Origin: Deltaproteobacteria bacterium | GTDB lineage: Bacteria; Myxococcota_A; Polyangia; Polyangiales; Houyiibacteriaceae | Length of the DNA: 64,000 nucleotides | Direction: 5' to 3' | NCBI GenBank assembly: GCA_019313915.1 | Contig: JAFDAJ010000008.1 | Span: 5,973 to 69,972, forward strand | Shown: one piece after another, positions 63,176 to 64,000 of the stretch | How the letters are laid out: each line of letters opens with the position of its first letter | Position numbering within the stretch: position 1 is the first letter of the stretch | The notes under the pieces: model-generated | Databases searched by the model: none | The model's input: only the letters and a program-made list of their open reading frames with translations | Told to the model about the DNA's origin: nothing | Program-made: the position numbers and the translations under genes

Positions 63176-64000
63176 GGTTTGATGCTTTGCTTGATGCTTT
63201 CGATCACGTCCGCCGGTGTCACGCCTTCCGCTTCGGCGCGAAAATTCATGACGAGACGATGCATCAAGATGGGCTCCAAGAGAGAGCGCACGTCGTCGAT
63301 TTCCGCAGCGTAGCGGCCGTGAAGGATCGCGCGCGCCTTGGCCCCCAGAATCAGGCCCTGGCTAGCACGAGGCCCGGCCCCGAATGCGATGTTCTTCCGA
63401 ACCAGGTCAGAGGCTCCCTTGTCCTCCGGTCGCGAGGCTCGCGCCAGCGCCACTGCGTGTTGAACCACGTGGTCGGCAGCGGGAACGCGTGGAACGAGGT
63501 CCTGAAAACCGACGATGTCTTGCGCGGAGAGCACGGGCGTGATGGTGGTGGGCACCGGTGCAGTGGTGCGCTTCACGATGTCGACCTCCTCGTGCTGGCT
63601 CGGATACCCAACATCGATTTGGAACAGGAACCGGTCGAGCTGCGCTTCAGGCAGGGGGTACGTGCCCTCCTGCTCAATTGGGTTCTGCGTCGCGAAAACC
63701 AGGTAGGGTTGCTCGAGCGCGTACGTCTTGCCGCTTGCCGTGACCTGACCCTCGGCCATCGACTGCAACAGCGCGGCTTGCGTTTTGGGTGGCGCGCGAT
63801 TGATCTCATCGGCGAGAAGAATGTTGGTGAACACGGGGCCGGGGATGAAGCGGAAATGACGTTTACCCGTCGTCGCATCCTCTTCGAGGACATCGGTCCC
63901 CGTGACGTCGCTGGGCATTAGATCCGGCGTGAACTGGATGCGGTTCGAGTGAAGAGACAGCGCGTCGGCGAGGGTCGTGATGAGAAGCGTCTTAGCGAGC
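63172..64000 (-). CDS. MoxR-family AAA+ ATPase (5' end beyond the window)
   Basis: Frame is open to the window edge (...AKTLLITTLADALSLHSNRIQFTPDLMPSDVTG). Walker B/sensor region LLADEINRAPPKTQAALLQSMAEGQVT. AAA lid domain. Confidence 0.9.
   Translation of the reverse strand, partial: LAKTLLITTLADALSLHSNRIQFTPDLMPSDVTGTDVLEEDATTGKRHFRFIPGPVFTNILLADEINRAPPKTQAALLQSMAEGQVTASGKTYALEQPYLVFATQNPIEQEGTYPLPEAQLDRFLFQIDVGYPSQHEEVDIVKRTTAPVPTTITPVLSAQDIVGFQDLVPRVPAADHVVQHAVALARASRPEDKGASDLVRKNIAFGAGPRASQGLILGAKARAILHGRYAAEIDDVRSLLEPILMHRLVMNFRAEAEGVTPADVIESIKQSIKP

Noticed and set aside
60341-64000. MoxR AAA+/vWA module, considered as a possible anti-phage or other defence system.
   Set aside because: The DUF58 and BatA N-terminal double-TM signatures are those of the ordinary Bat/aerotolerance-type envelope module. 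No nuclease, Sir2/TIR, methylase or other defence-associated domains lie nearby.

Overview
High-GC bacterial chromosomal segment. I see about 50 protein-coding genes, tightly packed, with many 1-4 nt start/stop overlaps. Several protein architectures suggest a myxobacterium (Myxococcota): an MJ0042-type zinc-ribbon/TPR protein, a receiver-less GAF sigma-54 enhancer-binding protein (EBP), a PilQ with several AMIN-like modules, and many lipoproteins. That assignment is inference only. All product calls come from reading motifs in the supplied translations. No homology search was possible.

Gene content is mostly housekeeping:
- DNA and translation: recQ (3' part), IHF-beta-like, tyrS, rsmA, prmC.
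- Metabolism: a PLP transsulfuration enzyme, plant-type gshA, pyrE, a fused aroK-aroB, deoC, citrate synthase, apbE, pyrC-carA.
- Type IV pilus: pilMNOPQ preceded by an XRE-family regulator, and an orphan pilB about 24 kb away.
- Envelope and regulation: sppA, a sigma-54 EBP, a LysM/DUF882 peptidase.
- A MoxR-DUF58-BatA(vWA) module at the right edge, plus a detached DUF4159+vWA pair.

I found no rRNA, tRNA, CRISPR array, transposase, integrase, prophage, recognisable defence island or biosynthetic cluster, so I cannot point to a clear-cut novel multi-gene system.

The observations most worth a second look:
1. A 1770-aa head-to-tail fusion of two UvrA-like units (four ABC ATPase domains). The second unit has lost the segment between its middle Cys pairs.
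2. A perfect TGGCAC-N5-TTGCA sigma-54 promoter only a few nt upstream of the start codon of an unknown secreted protein, preceded by a highly structured 376-bp spacer.
3. An AT-rich control region with a perfect 9-bp-arm palindrome, followed by an XRE regulator as first gene of pilMNOPQ.
4. A two-gene AmmeMemoRadiSam locus lacking the AMMECR1 partner.
5. A giant Ig-like/beta-helix lipoprotein.
6. A zinc-ribbon/GYF/TPR membrane protein carrying a perfect 54-bp tandem duplication.

Long antisense ORFs in the track are treated as high-GC shadow ORFs.
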